64,000 nt of DNA from Candidatus Wolfebacteria bacterium RIFOXYD12_FULL_48_21 (GTDB lineage: Bacteria > Patescibacteriota > Minisyncoccia > UBA6257 > UBA9933): positions 202,239 to 266,238 of the forward strand of contig MGIW01000006.1 in NCBI GenBank assembly GCA_001793945.1, given 5' to 3'. The position numbers and the translations under genes are program-made. Below are positions 26,615-35,679 of the stretch, piece by piece. How positions within the stretch are numbered: the first letter of the stretch is position 1; the number at the start of each line of letters is the position of its first letter. A model generated the notes under the pieces. That model saw only the letters and a program-made list of their open reading frames with translations. It had not been told where the DNA came from and searched no databases.

Positions 26615-27025
26615 ATGGCGTCATCTATGCAAGAAATGATTAATGTTCCTTTAGTTGGTTCCGCTCCGTGCGGGGCGCCGCTTTTTGCGGAAGAGAATGT
26701 TGAGAAAATGATACCCGTGGCAAAGGAAAAGTTGCAGGGAGGTTTGCAGTATTTCATATTGCGCGCAACCGGGGATTCTATGGATGCGGCGGGGATTAAC
26801 GACGGTGATCTTATTTTGTGCAAGCAAAAGCTGACGGCGCGGGAGAACGATCTCGTCGTCGCGCTGATCGATGATGAAGCTACGGTTAAGGAGTTTCATC
26901 GGGAGGGAGATAAAATTGTGCTTAAACCGCGCTCGACAAATCCGGAGCATCAGCCGCGCTATCTTACCGAAGGAGTGCAGATACAGGGGATCGTGCAGGA
27001 GGTTGTGCGTCCACTTGAGAACTGA
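26615..27025 (+). CDS. UmuD-like S24 peptidase (LexA/UmuD C-terminal domain only, no HTH)
   Basis: Candidate Cys-Gly cleavage site (SAPCGAPLF), catalytic Ser in ATGDSMDAAGINDGD, Lys in DEATVKEF. Confidence 0.65.
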   Translation: MASSMQEMINVPLVGSAPCGAPLFAEENVEKMIPVAKEKLQGGLQYFILRATGDSMDAAGINDGDLILCKQKLTARENDLVVALIDDEATVKEFHREGDKIVLKPRSTNPEHQPRYLTEGVQIQGIVQEVVRPLEN

Positions 27026-27039
27026 TAGAGGGGATACGG

Positions 27040-27230
27040 TATAGGGTATAGGGTATATGGTATAGGGTATGGGAGGGGAGAGGAGAGGAGAGGAGGTATA
27101 AAGTATAAAGTATACGGTATATGGTTGGTATGGGAGAGGAGAGGAGGTATAAAGTATAAAGTATACGGTATATGGTATAGGGTATGGGAGGGGGATTTCA
27201 AATTTCAAATTTCAAATTTCAAATTAAAAT
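27040..27230. repeat. tandem low-complexity repeats (GGTATAGGGTAT-type, GGAGAGGAGAGGAGG, and (GATTTCAAAT)4)
   Basis: Direct duplication ggtataaagtataaagtatacggtatatggt x2; four GATTTCAAAT repeats at about 27198-27230. Confidence 0.8.
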
Positions 27231-27231
27231 A

Positions 27232-27345
27232 CTGGATTCCCGTCGGATCCGCCGGCTGGCGGACCCGTGCTGCGACACGGGGCCCGCAGTTTGGGAATGA
27301 TAGAACTCTGGATACCGGCCTCCGCCGGTATGACAATGCGGGATG
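27232..27345. mobile_element. MITE-like element (ggattcccgtcgg...ccggcctccgccggtatgacaat family)
   Basis: ctggattcccgtcggatccgccggctggcggacccgtgctgcgacacggggcccgcagtttgggaatgatagaactctggataccggcctccgccggtatgacaatgc. Confidence 0.7.
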
Positions 27346-27399
27346 CTAACCGATGACCGATGACTAATAACCAATAACGGGATGCGGGGGTATTGGTGT

Positions 27400-27430
27400 A
27401 TTGACATTGTATATACATTGTATATACTAC
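27400..27430 (+). promoter_or_regulatory. promoter TTGACA + tandem attgtatatac operator repeats upstream of dinJ-yafQ
   Basis: ttgacattgtatatacattgtatatactac. Confidence 0.5.
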
Positions 27431-27434
27431 TGAT

Positions 27435-27686
27435 ATGACTACTTTAACCGTGCGGATCGATGAAAAAATAAAGGCGAAGGCGAACAAGGCATTTGAAAAG
27501 CTTGGGCTTGATATGTCTGGCGCGATAAAGATCTTCCTCAATCAGGTCATCAAGGAAGATGGTCTTCCGTTTACGCCTACCAATAACGATGCCGTTATTA
27601 AGGCTCGTTGGGATAAGCAGGTTGCTGAAGCGAAAAAACGGCCTGGCTTTAAAACTGCGCACGAAGCGCTTAAGGATCTTTTATAA
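27435..27686 (+). CDS. dinJ: DinJ/RelB-family antitoxin
   Basis: LTVRIDEKIKAKANKAFEKLGLDMSGAIKIFLNQVIKEDGLPF matches DinJ. Confidence 0.75.
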   Translation: MTTLTVRIDEKIKAKANKAFEKLGLDMSGAIKIFLNQVIKEDGLPFTPTNNDAVIKARWDKQVAEAKKRPGFKTAHEALKDLL

Positions 27687-27697
27687 TTTATCTACCA

Positions 27698-27982
27698 ATG
27701 TACATCATTAAACGTACGAGAGATTTTGATAAATCTTTTACGAAGCTTGTTCGTGCGGGAATTACTGATAAACAGATTGGGGCGATCAAACTCGTGATTG
27801 ACACGCTTGCTATAGGGCAAATATTAGATAAGAAATACAGAGATCATCAGCTAAAAGGGAAGCTCGGAGATTATCGAGAATGCCATGTTTTAAATGATCT
27901 TTTACTTATGTATAGAATTGAAGAGGATGAATTATTATTAACATTGATCGATATCGGCAGTCATTCGCAATTGTTTGGGTAA
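27698..27982 (+). CDS. yafQ: YafQ-family mRNA interferase toxin
   Basis: ...LKGKLGDYRECHVLNDLLLMYRIEEDELLLTLIDIGSHSQLFG matches the YafQ C-terminus. Confidence 0.75.
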   Translation: MYIIKRTRDFDKSFTKLVRAGITDKQIGAIKLVIDTLAIGQILDKKYRDHQLKGKLGDYRECHVLNDLLLMYRIEEDELLLTLIDIGSHSQLFG

Positions 27983-27984
27983 GC

Positions 27985-28020
27985 GCAAAAATCCCATTGT
28001 TATGGGATTTTTGTCATATT
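27985..28020 (+). terminator. rho-independent terminator
   Basis: aaaaatcccattgttatgggatttttg. Confidence 0.7.
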
Positions 28021-28063
28021 GTATAGCCATTAAATAAATCGGATTATTTGGTATACTGAGCAC

Positions 28064-29356
28064 ATGGAACAGAAGATCGGCATGGAACAATCGGGTGAAA
28101 ATGACCATTATAAGGAATTCGCCGAGGGGCGTAAGCGGTTCGCCGGGGAAATAGGCGAGCGTACTTTGGATGTCGCAAAAGAGGGAAAGGAGGATAAGGA
28201 GCGCGATCTTGAAATGGCGCAACAACATGTTGAAGCATATAAGAAAAAGGCGGAGCAACTGCGCGATGCTATTGATGCGAAGAAAAGGGGCCTGATAGCA
28301 AAGATCATAAACTACAAACAGCTAAAGGAATTAAGAAAAGATCTGAGCCGGAATGAAGATGTTCTGCGCGAGCGCGAGGAAGAGCAACAATGGCGAACGG
28401 AGATGATTGGCTATTACGATCGTTTGATCGAGGAAGAAGAGCAGATGGGCGAGCTTATGGAAGAAGCGTATGCGGACAATGCACTGTTTGATGAGGCAAA
28501 GAAGCAGGAACTCATAATGGAAGAACAAGGGCGGAGCGTGATGGAGCAGGCAAAGAAACATAATGTATTTTTTGTGAGCGATATTGTTACCGCCGATTGG
28601 AAGCCAAGCGCGAACAACTATGTCATTGATACAAAAAAGCTTGATTTTGAAGATCAGCTTAATATCGTGTTAGGGTTTGAGCCCACGATAGCGGTTTCTA
28701 CACTGAGCCCTGATTCACCCAACCGGACATTCGGAACGGGGGCGTGGGGCGTGTTGCTTGCGGGTGGTCGGATTGTTGGGGGTGCAGAAAGTGACGCCGG
28801 GACCGTAGCAAAAGGATTGCGTAGCAGGTATATTGATCCGCGAAGGCGAAGTGTGAAGGCGATCGATGCGGCCATTGAGCGGCCATGGGGCGGCGGTAAG
28901 GAGGCGTCTACGAGCTATAACGAACTGGTTGTAGAGAAGCCCGAGGTTGCCGGAGTATATTTTAAACTTGAATCGGAAGATATTCCGCAAGATATGCAAC
29001 AAGGTAAAGAGATTACCCTCCCTAAGAACTATGGAGATATGTGGTGGGGGCAGGTTGGCCAAATCATGAAGACGGGGACTCCGTTGTTTGTCATAGAAAG
29101 AAACAACAATACGGTACGGATGATCTATGATGTCGATCTGGAAAATCGGTCGTTCAAGATGACCCCGGCGTATGATCCGGAAAATCTGACCAATATGCCG
29201 GGTGTCTATAAACAGCATACAGACGAGGCGCATCGACGGGATGCGGTGGGTAAGGTGTTTGATAAGGCGTCTCACCTGTTGACCGAAGAAGAGCGCGAGC
29301 AACATGAGCGTGAAAAGGACAAGGGAGATGCCAGTAATTTTATCAATGTGTATTAG
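28064..29356 (+). CDS. hypothetical protein (coiled-coil N-terminal third, globular C-terminus)
   Basis: 430-aa ORF, charged KE-rich N-terminus; no recognisable catalytic motif. Confidence 0.45.
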   Translation: MEQKIGMEQSGENDHYKEFAEGRKRFAGEIGERTLDVAKEGKEDKERDLEMAQQHVEAYKKKAEQLRDAIDAKKRGLIAKIINYKQLKELRKDLSRNEDVLREREEEQQWRTEMIGYYDRLIEEEEQMGELMEEAYADNALFDEAKKQELIMEEQGRSVMEQAKKHNVFFVSDIVTADWKPSANNYVIDTKKLDFEDQLNIVLGFEPTIAVSTLSPDSPNRTFGTGAWGVLLAGGRIVGGAESDAGTVAKGLRSRYIDPRRRSVKAIDAAIERPWGGGKEASTSYNELVVEKPEVAGVYFKLESEDIPQDMQQGKEITLPKNYGDMWWGQVGQIMKTGTPLFVIERNNNTVRMIYDVDLENRSFKMTPAYDPENLTNMPGVYKQHTDEAHRRDAVGKVFDKASHLLTEEEREQHEREKDKGDASNFINVY

Positions 29357-29382
29357 GTCTATTTTGTGCTACCATTTAAACC

Positions 29383-30090
29383 ATGAACAAGCTTATTTTT
29401 CTTGATACGGAGACGACGGGGAATGATGTGACCAGGGACCGGCTGTGTCAGGTGTGCTACAAAACGACTGATGGCATACGCACGGAGTTTTTCAAGCCGC
29501 CGATTCCGATTTCCGTGGAATCGATGAGCATTACGCACATTACCAATAAAATGGTCGCGGACAAGGCTCCGTTTGCGGGAAGCGCGATGGCGGGCGAGCT
29601 GGGGGCGTTGTTGAACGAAGGTATTTTGGTGGCGCATAATGCGGTGTTTGACAAGGCAATACTCGAAGCGGAGGGGCTTGCTGTACCAAAATACATTTGC
29701 ACATTGCGTGTTGCGCGCGCGCTTGATCCGGAAGGGGTTTTGCCGCAGTACAAACTGCAGTTTTTGCGGTATTACCTCGACCTTGATGTCGATGCGCATG
29801 CGCACGATGCGGAGGGCGATGTGAAGGTTTTAGTGGCGGTGTTTGATCGGCAATTTGCAAAACTGAAGCAGGAAGGGTTGAGCGATGATGAAGTCGTCGA
29901 AAAGATGCTGCATATTTCTACTACGCCGATGCTGTTCAAGAAGTTCACATTTGGAAAGCATATCGGCAAGGATATTGCCGAAGTGGCAAAAATCGACAAA
30001 GGATATTTACAGTGGCTCTTGGGGCAAAAAATGGCAGAGGCCATTCCGGACGAGGATTGGGTGCATACGCTGAATACATATTTGAAATAA
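29383..30090 (+). CDS. DEDDh 3'-5' exonuclease (DnaQ-like) with exonuclease-X-type C-terminal domain
   Basis: Exo I FLDTETTG, Exo II VAHNAVFDKAIL, Exo III HDAEGD; C-terminal KKFTFGKHIGKDIAEVAKIDKGYLQWLL. Confidence 0.8.
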   Translation: MNKLIFLDTETTGNDVTRDRLCQVCYKTTDGIRTEFFKPPIPISVESMSITHITNKMVADKAPFAGSAMAGELGALLNEGILVAHNAVFDKAILEAEGLAVPKYICTLRVARALDPEGVLPQYKLQFLRYYLDLDVDAHAHDAEGDVKVLVAVFDRQFAKLKQEGLSDDEVVEKMLHISTTPMLFKKFTFGKHIGKDIAEVAKIDKGYLQWLLGQKMAEAIPDEDWVHTLNTYLK

Positions 30091-30099
30091 TAAAAGGAG

Positions 30100-30175
30100 T
30101 GGATTCCGGCCTCCGCCGGAATGACAATACGGGAATTCAGATCCTGAAACAAGTTCAGGATGACAATTTATCCAC
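30100..30175. mobile_element. MITE-like element
   Basis: tggattccggcctccgccggaatgacaatacgggaattcagatcctgaaacaagttcaggatgacaat. Confidence 0.7.
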
Positions 30176-30500
30176 GCATTTTTATTTTGGTTGTTCGTTG
30201 GGCGAGGTCGCCGTGGGCGGGATGATGCGTATGTTTTCCGGCAATTGTTCCTCAATTTTCCACAAAAGTAGGACGACGATGATTATGATCAGCCCGATGA
30301 TGATATGAACCGACCATTTGAAATAGTGTTTCATGGGGTATGTGTTTAGTAGATCTTTCCTATAATGATACACCTCACAGGGGGGTGCAGTACAGGTTGG
30401 ATTTTGAGCGCTTGTTGACAAGAAGTGCTTTTATGGTAAAGTTTGTCTTAGTTGCCATATGATGTGGTGATACAGAACCTTTACTTTGTGAGGAAATACG

Positions 30501-30980
30501 ATGGAAAAAGACAGCAAGATGAGCATCGAGGAACTCTTGGTCGGTACCCCGCTCCTTATGTTTTTGCAGGAGCTGGCGGCGATCAAGGACGAAGAGATCG
30601 TGGACGATCTCCCCCCGATCAAAGAGGGTGAGATTCCCCTTGGTGATATGACGCCGTTTGAAAAGCGGCTCAACCTTTGGGTTGATCGGAGAGCCGAAAA
30701 AGAAGATTCTATCCGCGCCGAGGCTTTGTCTGGCGATGGCGGCACGATGTGCTTGTCGGCGTATGAGTTTGGCGCCGAAACAAGCAGGCGGTTTGCCTTG
30801 TTGGGGGAATCTGTTCCGGTGCGCTATCCGCAGATAAAAACTACGAACTGTGCCCTCAGGCAAGGATTCAAGATCGTGACCAATGTGCGCGCGGAAAACC
30901 CGCTGGCCACGGAGTTTGACATCGCTCATGTGCTCGCAATATTTACCGGGCATGATTTGAGCGGTAGAAAGCCTCGCTAA
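30501..30980 (+). CDS. hypothetical protein, tandem paralog A
   Basis: SIEELLVGTPLLMFLQELAAIKDEEIVDDLPPIKEGEIPLGDMTPFEKRL...LRQGFKIVTNVR; paralogous to 31136-31669. Confidence 0.5.
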   Translation: MEKDSKMSIEELLVGTPLLMFLQELAAIKDEEIVDDLPPIKEGEIPLGDMTPFEKRLNLWVDRRAEKEDSIRAEALSGDGGTMCLSAYEFGAETSRRFALLGESVPVRYPQIKTTNCALRQGFKIVTNVRAENPLATEFDIAHVLAIFTGHDLSGRKPR

Positions 30981-30994
30981 ACTTTCTCTCTGTT

Positions 30995-31050
30995 TGTTAT
31001 AAAGCCCGTTCGTCCATCCGCCAACTGGCGGATGGACGAACGGTATTTTT
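30995..31050 (+). terminator. terminator after paralog A
   Basis: cccgttcgtccatccgccaactggcggatggacgaacggtatttttttg. Confidence 0.7.
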
Positions 31051-31135
31051 TTGACAAAAAAATACCGTGTGGTACATTTTATCTTAGTTGCCATATGGCA
31101 TGGCGATACAGAACCTTTACTTTGGGAGGAATACG

Positions 31136-31669
31136 ATGGAGAACGCGATAAAAAAATCGGTAAGCATCGAGGAGCTGTTGGTGGGCATGTCGTTGCTGAC
31201 ATTTTTTCAGGAGCTGGTGGCGATCAAGGATGAGGAGCTTGTTGATAAGTTGCCGCCGATTAAGGAGGGCGAGATCCCCCTCGGCGATATGACGCCGTTT
31301 GATAAGCGGCTTAGCCATTGGTTTGATCTGAAGGCAAGCGAGATCGTGGCATGGGGCGAAGAGATGCAGGAATCCATCTGCGTCACATGCAAAGTATGTG
31401 GTACTGCAGATGCGGAAATGGCTCCGTGCGCCGATATGTTCAAGCTGGGCGATTATGTTAGCGAGCGGTTCCATTCATTTATAAGCGAATCGGTCAGCGA
31501 GCGATTCCCGCGCGCAAAAGGAGACATAGCCTTGCGCCAAGGATTCAAGATCGTGACGAATGTCCGTGAAAAACCTGAAAATCATTTTGTTTGCATTGGC
31601 AATTTCGAGGATATCGCTGAACTGCTCGGCCCGTTGTCTATGCAAATGTCCGGCAAAAAGCCTCATTGA
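31136..31669 (+). CDS. hypothetical protein, tandem paralog B (with Cys-rich insert CVTCKVCGTADAEMAPC)
   Basis: SIEELLVGMSLLTFFQELVAIKDEELVDKLPPIKEGEIPLGDMTPFDKRL...LRQGFKIVTNVR. Confidence 0.5.
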   Translation: MENAIKKSVSIEELLVGMSLLTFFQELVAIKDEELVDKLPPIKEGEIPLGDMTPFDKRLSHWFDLKASEIVAWGEEMQESICVTCKVCGTADAEMAPCADMFKLGDYVSERFHSFISESVSERFPRAKGDIALRQGFKIVTNVREKPENHFVCIGNFEDIAELLGPLSMQMSGKKPH

Positions 31670-31689
31670 TCTTTACCTCTTGAGGCGAT

Positions 31690-31730
31690 ACAGCGCCCGT
31701 CCGCCAGTTAGCGGACGGGCTTTTTTGTTT
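31690..31730 (+). terminator. terminator after paralog B
   Basis: cgcccgtccgccagttagcggacgggcttttttgtttg. Confidence 0.7.
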
Positions 31731-31765
31731 GTCGGAACGGATGGGGTATACTTTTTATACAAATC

Positions 31766-32326
31766 ATGCCGAAACAGAAAAAGACAATTCTTTTATGCGA
31801 TCGAGCTATCGCATATGACCTGAAGAAAAGCAGTCGCGCAAAGCGGATGCGGATCGCCGTTTCTGCGGGTGGTGTGCTTTCTGTTACCGTGCCATATCGG
31901 TTCCCCGACATGTTCGTGGAGCGGTTTTTACATGAAAAGGCGGAATGGATCCTGCGGCAAATGGACCACATGCGCCAGCGGGGTGGACTACTTGCGCGCT
32001 ATGGCCGTGCGCACTATTTTGAACACAAGGAAGCCGCTCGGGCATTGGTGCATGCACGGCTCGCACACTTCAATCAATTTTATGATTTTGATTATGGTGC
32101 CATTAGCATTCGCGATCAAAAGACGCGCTGGGGGAGTTGTTCCCGCTCGGGCAACCTGAACTTCAACTATAAACTTGCCGTTGTGCCCGAACATGTTGCC
32201 GATTATGTCATCGTGCATGAGCTGTGTCATTGCAAGGAGTTCAACCACTCCAAAGCGTTTTGGAAACTGGTCGAGCGGACTGTTCCGAACCATCGGGAGA
32301 TCAGAAAACAGTTGAATCGCCTATAA
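31766..32326 (+). CDS. YgjP-like metal-dependent hydrolase (DUF45 / M48-related, HExxH)
   Basis: YVIVHELCHCKEFNHSKAFWKLV. Confidence 0.7.
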   Translation: MPKQKKTILLCDRAIAYDLKKSSRAKRMRIAVSAGGVLSVTVPYRFPDMFVERFLHEKAEWILRQMDHMRQRGGLLARYGRAHYFEHKEAARALVHARLAHFNQFYDFDYGAISIRDQKTRWGSCSRSGNLNFNYKLAVVPEHVADYVIVHELCHCKEFNHSKAFWKLVERTVPNHREIRKQLNRL

Positions 32327-32381
32327 ATCGCCGAAACGGTTTATTGCGATATGCCCTGTGAATTGCTATAATAACCGCACT

Positions 32382-33416
32382 ATGTCAGACAAACTTTCCG
32401 GCATCAAATCGGCTTTTGAAACCGATATTCGCATGGTTGCGGACCTCGACCAGTGGGAAGCGGTGCGGGTGGCCTATCTTGGCCGCAAAAGCGCGCTGAG
32501 CGAAGTCATGGCGGCCATGAAGGACCTTTCCGTCGAGCAGAAGCGTACGCTCGGTAAAAAGGCAAACGAGGTCCGGACCTTTTTGGAAACGGCGCTTGCG
32601 CAAAAGCGCATCGAGCTTGAAGCAAAGGGAACGCATGCGAATTTGATCGATGTAACCCGACCGGGTGTCAAGCGACACGCGGGGCATTTACATCCGCTGA
32701 CGCGCGTTGAAGAAGAGATCAAGCAGATCTTTTTGGCCATGAACTTTTCGGTCGTGGAGGGACCCGAAATCGAAACCGAGCATTATAACTTTGACGCATT
32801 GAACATTCCGGCGAGCCATCCGGCGCGCGAGATGTGGGATACATTTTGGGTCAAAGATACGGAAAAAGGAAAAAGGAAAAAGGAAAAAGGAGTCGGGGAT
32901 AGCGTGCGGCATTTGTTGCGCACGCATACCAGCCCGATGCAGATTCGCTACATGGAAAACCACCGGCCGCCGTTTCAGATCATCGTACCGGGGCGCGTGT
33001 TTCGCTATGAAGCGACCGATGCTTCGCATGAAATAAACTTTTATCAAATGGAGGGGTTGATGGTCGGCACGAATGTTTCTTTGGCGAATTTCAAATATGT
33101 TATCGAAGAATTTTTCAAAAAGTTCTTCAATGATCCCGACATGCAGTTTCGTTTTCGCCCGAGTTATTTCCCATTTGTGGAGCCGGGCGTGGAGGTGGAC
33201 ATCAAGCGCAAGGGGGATTCGAAATGGCTTGAGGTCATGGGTGCCGGCATGGTGCACCGCAATGTGCTCAAAGCGACCGGGTATAATCCTGACGAAGTGC
33301 AGGGGTTTGCATTTGGCATGGGCACCGATCGGCTTGCCATGTTGAAGTATAAAATACCGGACATACGATTCTTCTATAATGGGGATCTGCGGTTTGTAAG
33401 ACAATTTAAGAAATAA
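32382..33416 (+). CDS. pheS: phenylalanine--tRNA ligase alpha subunit
   Basis: HPLTRVEEEI, LLRTHTSP, FRPSYFPFVEPG, AFGMGTDRLAML class II motifs; contains (AAAAAGG)4 microsatellite at 32868-32895. Confidence 0.9.
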   Translation: MSDKLSGIKSAFETDIRMVADLDQWEAVRVAYLGRKSALSEVMAAMKDLSVEQKRTLGKKANEVRTFLETALAQKRIELEAKGTHANLIDVTRPGVKRHAGHLHPLTRVEEEIKQIFLAMNFSVVEGPEIETEHYNFDALNIPASHPAREMWDTFWVKDTEKGKRKKEKGVGDSVRHLLRTHTSPMQIRYMENHRPPFQIIVPGRVFRYEATDASHEINFYQMEGLMVGTNVSLANFKYVIEEFFKKFFNDPDMQFRFRPSYFPFVEPGVEVDIKRKGDSKWLEVMGAGMVHRNVLKATGYNPDEVQGFAFGMGTDRLAMLKYKIPDIRFFYNGDLRFVRQFKK

Positions 33417-33429
33417 CGATACGATTGCT

Positions 33430-33475
33430 GGATACCGGCCTCCGCCGGTATGACACAAAGAAAAGGCGAGGATGA
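33430..33475. repeat. MITE fragment
   Basis: ctggataccggcctccgccggtatgacac. Confidence 0.5.
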
Positions 33476-33584
33476 TAGAAGAGCGGGATGAATGACAGAA
33501 GAAGATCAGAATGACAGAAAAACGCGGGGGGTGGCACAAGAAGAACGGGGTGACAGAAGAAATAGTAGATAGCAGAAATATTGC

Positions 33585-35618
33585 ATGAAATTTTCCTATA
33601 CCTTATTAAAAAAACTGGTTCCTGAAATAAAAAATGCCAAGGCGCTTGAGCAGCATCTTTCGTTGTATGCGTTTGAAGTGGACAGCGTAGAAGGCAAGAC
33701 ATTCGACATTAAGCTGCCGGCAAACCGGTATGGTGATGCCGCATCGCATTGGGGTGTTGCCCAAGAAATTGCCGCCACCATGGGGGTGAAGTTTGGTGAA
33801 CAGCGCGCCATTGCATCTTTGCTCAGCAAACAGGTAGCGACCACGGGCAAGCAGCCGCTGAAGATTACCGTAGAAGATAAAGAGCTATGTCCGCGTTATA
33901 TCGGCGCTTATTGTGAAAATGTTAAGGTGGGGGAATCGCCGAAGTGGATCAAGGATGTGTTGATCGAATGCGGCATGCGACCGATTAACAATGTCGTTGA
34001 CATCATGAATTATGTCATGCTTGAAACAGGTCAGCCGTTGCATGCGTTCGACTACGATAAACTGCAGGGAGGAACGCTTGTGGTCCGACGCGCAAAAGAC
34101 GGAGAGAAGATTACGACGCTTGATGATCAGCATGTTTCTTTGACGCCTGACATGCTGGTAATAGCTGATGCGAAACATCCGCTCGCCATTGCCGGCATCA
34201 AAGGCGGCAAGCTGGCCGAAGTAGATAAGCACACAAAACGCATCGTTATCGAGGCGGCCAATTTTGAGGCGGTCAGTATTTATAAAACATCCCGCGCCGT
34301 GAATATATTGACCGATGCATCGGCCCGTTTTTCACGCACACTGAGCCCCGAGCTTGCAACGCTTGGCGCTATCCGCGCGAAAATGCTTTTGCAGTCCATT
34401 ATGGGTATGACGCAAAAAGGCGTCGTGGATATCTATCCGAAAAAGCAGGCAAAGCGCATGGTAAAGTTCGAGCTTGCGAAGTGCAATGCGTTTTTGGGTA
34501 CGCAATTCGACGCGAAGACCGTGCGTACTTATTTTGAGCTACTTGGTTTTGTGATTGCGCCTATCGATAAAAAAATGCCGGTTTCGACGGGTATGTTTTT
34601 GGTGACCGTTCCGCCGTTGCGCACCGACATCGAACATCCGCATGACCTATATGAAGAAGTGGTGCGATTGCACGGGTTCGGGAATCTGCGTTCTTCCGCG
34701 CCGCACATCCATCTGGTTCCATCCGGTTTTGAAGATGAGATCATCTTGAAAGATAAAATTCGCAGGGAACTCGTTTCGCTTGGCATGGACGAAATGTACA
34801 ATCATTCGTTCGTAGGCGAGCACTTTGGCGCGCACGATGCGGACATTCGCAAGGAGCTGGTAGAACTGGAAAACCCGATCAGTAAGGATTATGTATTCAT
34901 GCGTTCGACGCTTGCCGCGGGGTTGCACGAGAATGTTGCGTCGAACAGTCGTTATTTTGACGCGGTTGCCGCGTTCGAGATCGGGCGGGTGTTTGCGAAA
35001 TACAATAAAGACATCAAAGAAAGCAACATGCTTGGCATCGTATTGGCAGGGAAGGGCAAGGAGCAATTTTTTGAATTGAAAGGATCGTTGTCGGAATTGT
35101 TCGCGCGTATCGGTCTGCGTGATGTTGCGTTCGTGGAAGACACCGAGCGGGAGCCGCGATTTGCCGGTCCGTATGTTAGCGAACGGGAAATGCTTTGCAT
35201 CGAATCTGCCGGTGAACATGTTGGATATATGGCAAAGATGAAGCATGTACCGGCGAAATGGCACGGCAGCATTGCAGAGCTCGACATGGCGGTTTTGACC
35301 AAGTTGATTGTTGCGGAACATGAATACCTGCCGCTGTCGAAATATCCGTCGATCGCGCGGGACCTTTCTATTTTGGTGAGCGTCGATGCGCGCGTTGGCG
35401 ATATCATGCAGGAGATCCAAGGCGTGGACATGCATCTTATCGAAGATGTCGACTTGATCGACGAATACGAAAACGAGAAATTGGATCGCAAGCGCAGTCT
35501 TACATTCAGGATCATTTTTCAATCTACCAATCGTACATTGACCGATGCGGAGGTAAATGGAGATATGGAACGCATTGCGGCGGTTCTGCATAAAAAGTTT
35601 TCCGCCGAGGTTAGGTAA
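33585..35618 (+). CDS. pheT: phenylalanine--tRNA ligase beta subunit (short form lacking N-terminal tRNA-binding extension)
   Basis: MKFSYTLLKKLVP... B3/4 and B5 regions, C-terminal FDVN-like domain. Confidence 0.85.
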   Translation: MKFSYTLLKKLVPEIKNAKALEQHLSLYAFEVDSVEGKTFDIKLPANRYGDAASHWGVAQEIAATMGVKFGEQRAIASLLSKQVATTGKQPLKITVEDKELCPRYIGAYCENVKVGESPKWIKDVLIECGMRPINNVVDIMNYVMLETGQPLHAFDYDKLQGGTLVVRRAKDGEKITTLDDQHVSLTPDMLVIADAKHPLAIAGIKGGKLAEVDKHTKRIVIEAANFEAVSIYKTSRAVNILTDASARFSRTLSPELATLGAIRAKMLLQSIMGMTQKGVVDIYPKKQAKRMVKFELAKCNAFLGTQFDAKTVRTYFELLGFVIAPIDKKMPVSTGMFLVTVPPLRTDIEHPHDLYEEVVRLHGFGNLRSSAPHIHLVPSGFEDEIILKDKIRRELVSLGMDEMYNHSFVGEHFGAHDADIRKELVELENPISKDYVFMRSTLAAGLHENVASNSRYFDAVAAFEIGRVFAKYNKDIKESNMLGIVLAGKGKEQFFELKGSLSELFARIGLRDVAFVEDTEREPRFAGPYVSEREMLCIESAGEHVGYMAKMKHVPAKWHGSIAELDMAVLTKLIVAEHEYLPLSKYPSIARDLSILVSVDARVGDIMQEIQGVDMHLIEDVDLIDEYENEKLDRKRSLTFRIIFQSTNRTLTDAEVNGDMERIAAVLHKKFSAEVR

Positions 35619-35639
35619 TAGGAATGAAATAAAAAAAGC

Positions 35640-35672
35640 GCCCCCGATGTGGGGGCGTTTTACGGAGGCGAG
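35640..35672. terminator. bidirectional terminator
   Basis: aaaaaagcgcccccgatgtgggggcgtttta. Confidence 0.7.
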
Positions 35673-35679
35673 TCCTCGC

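Noticed and set aside
30375-31202. 275-aa minus-strand ORF spanning both tandem paralog genes
   Set aside because: It overlaps two well-structured plus-strand genes together with their promoters and terminators, and its translation is low-complexity.
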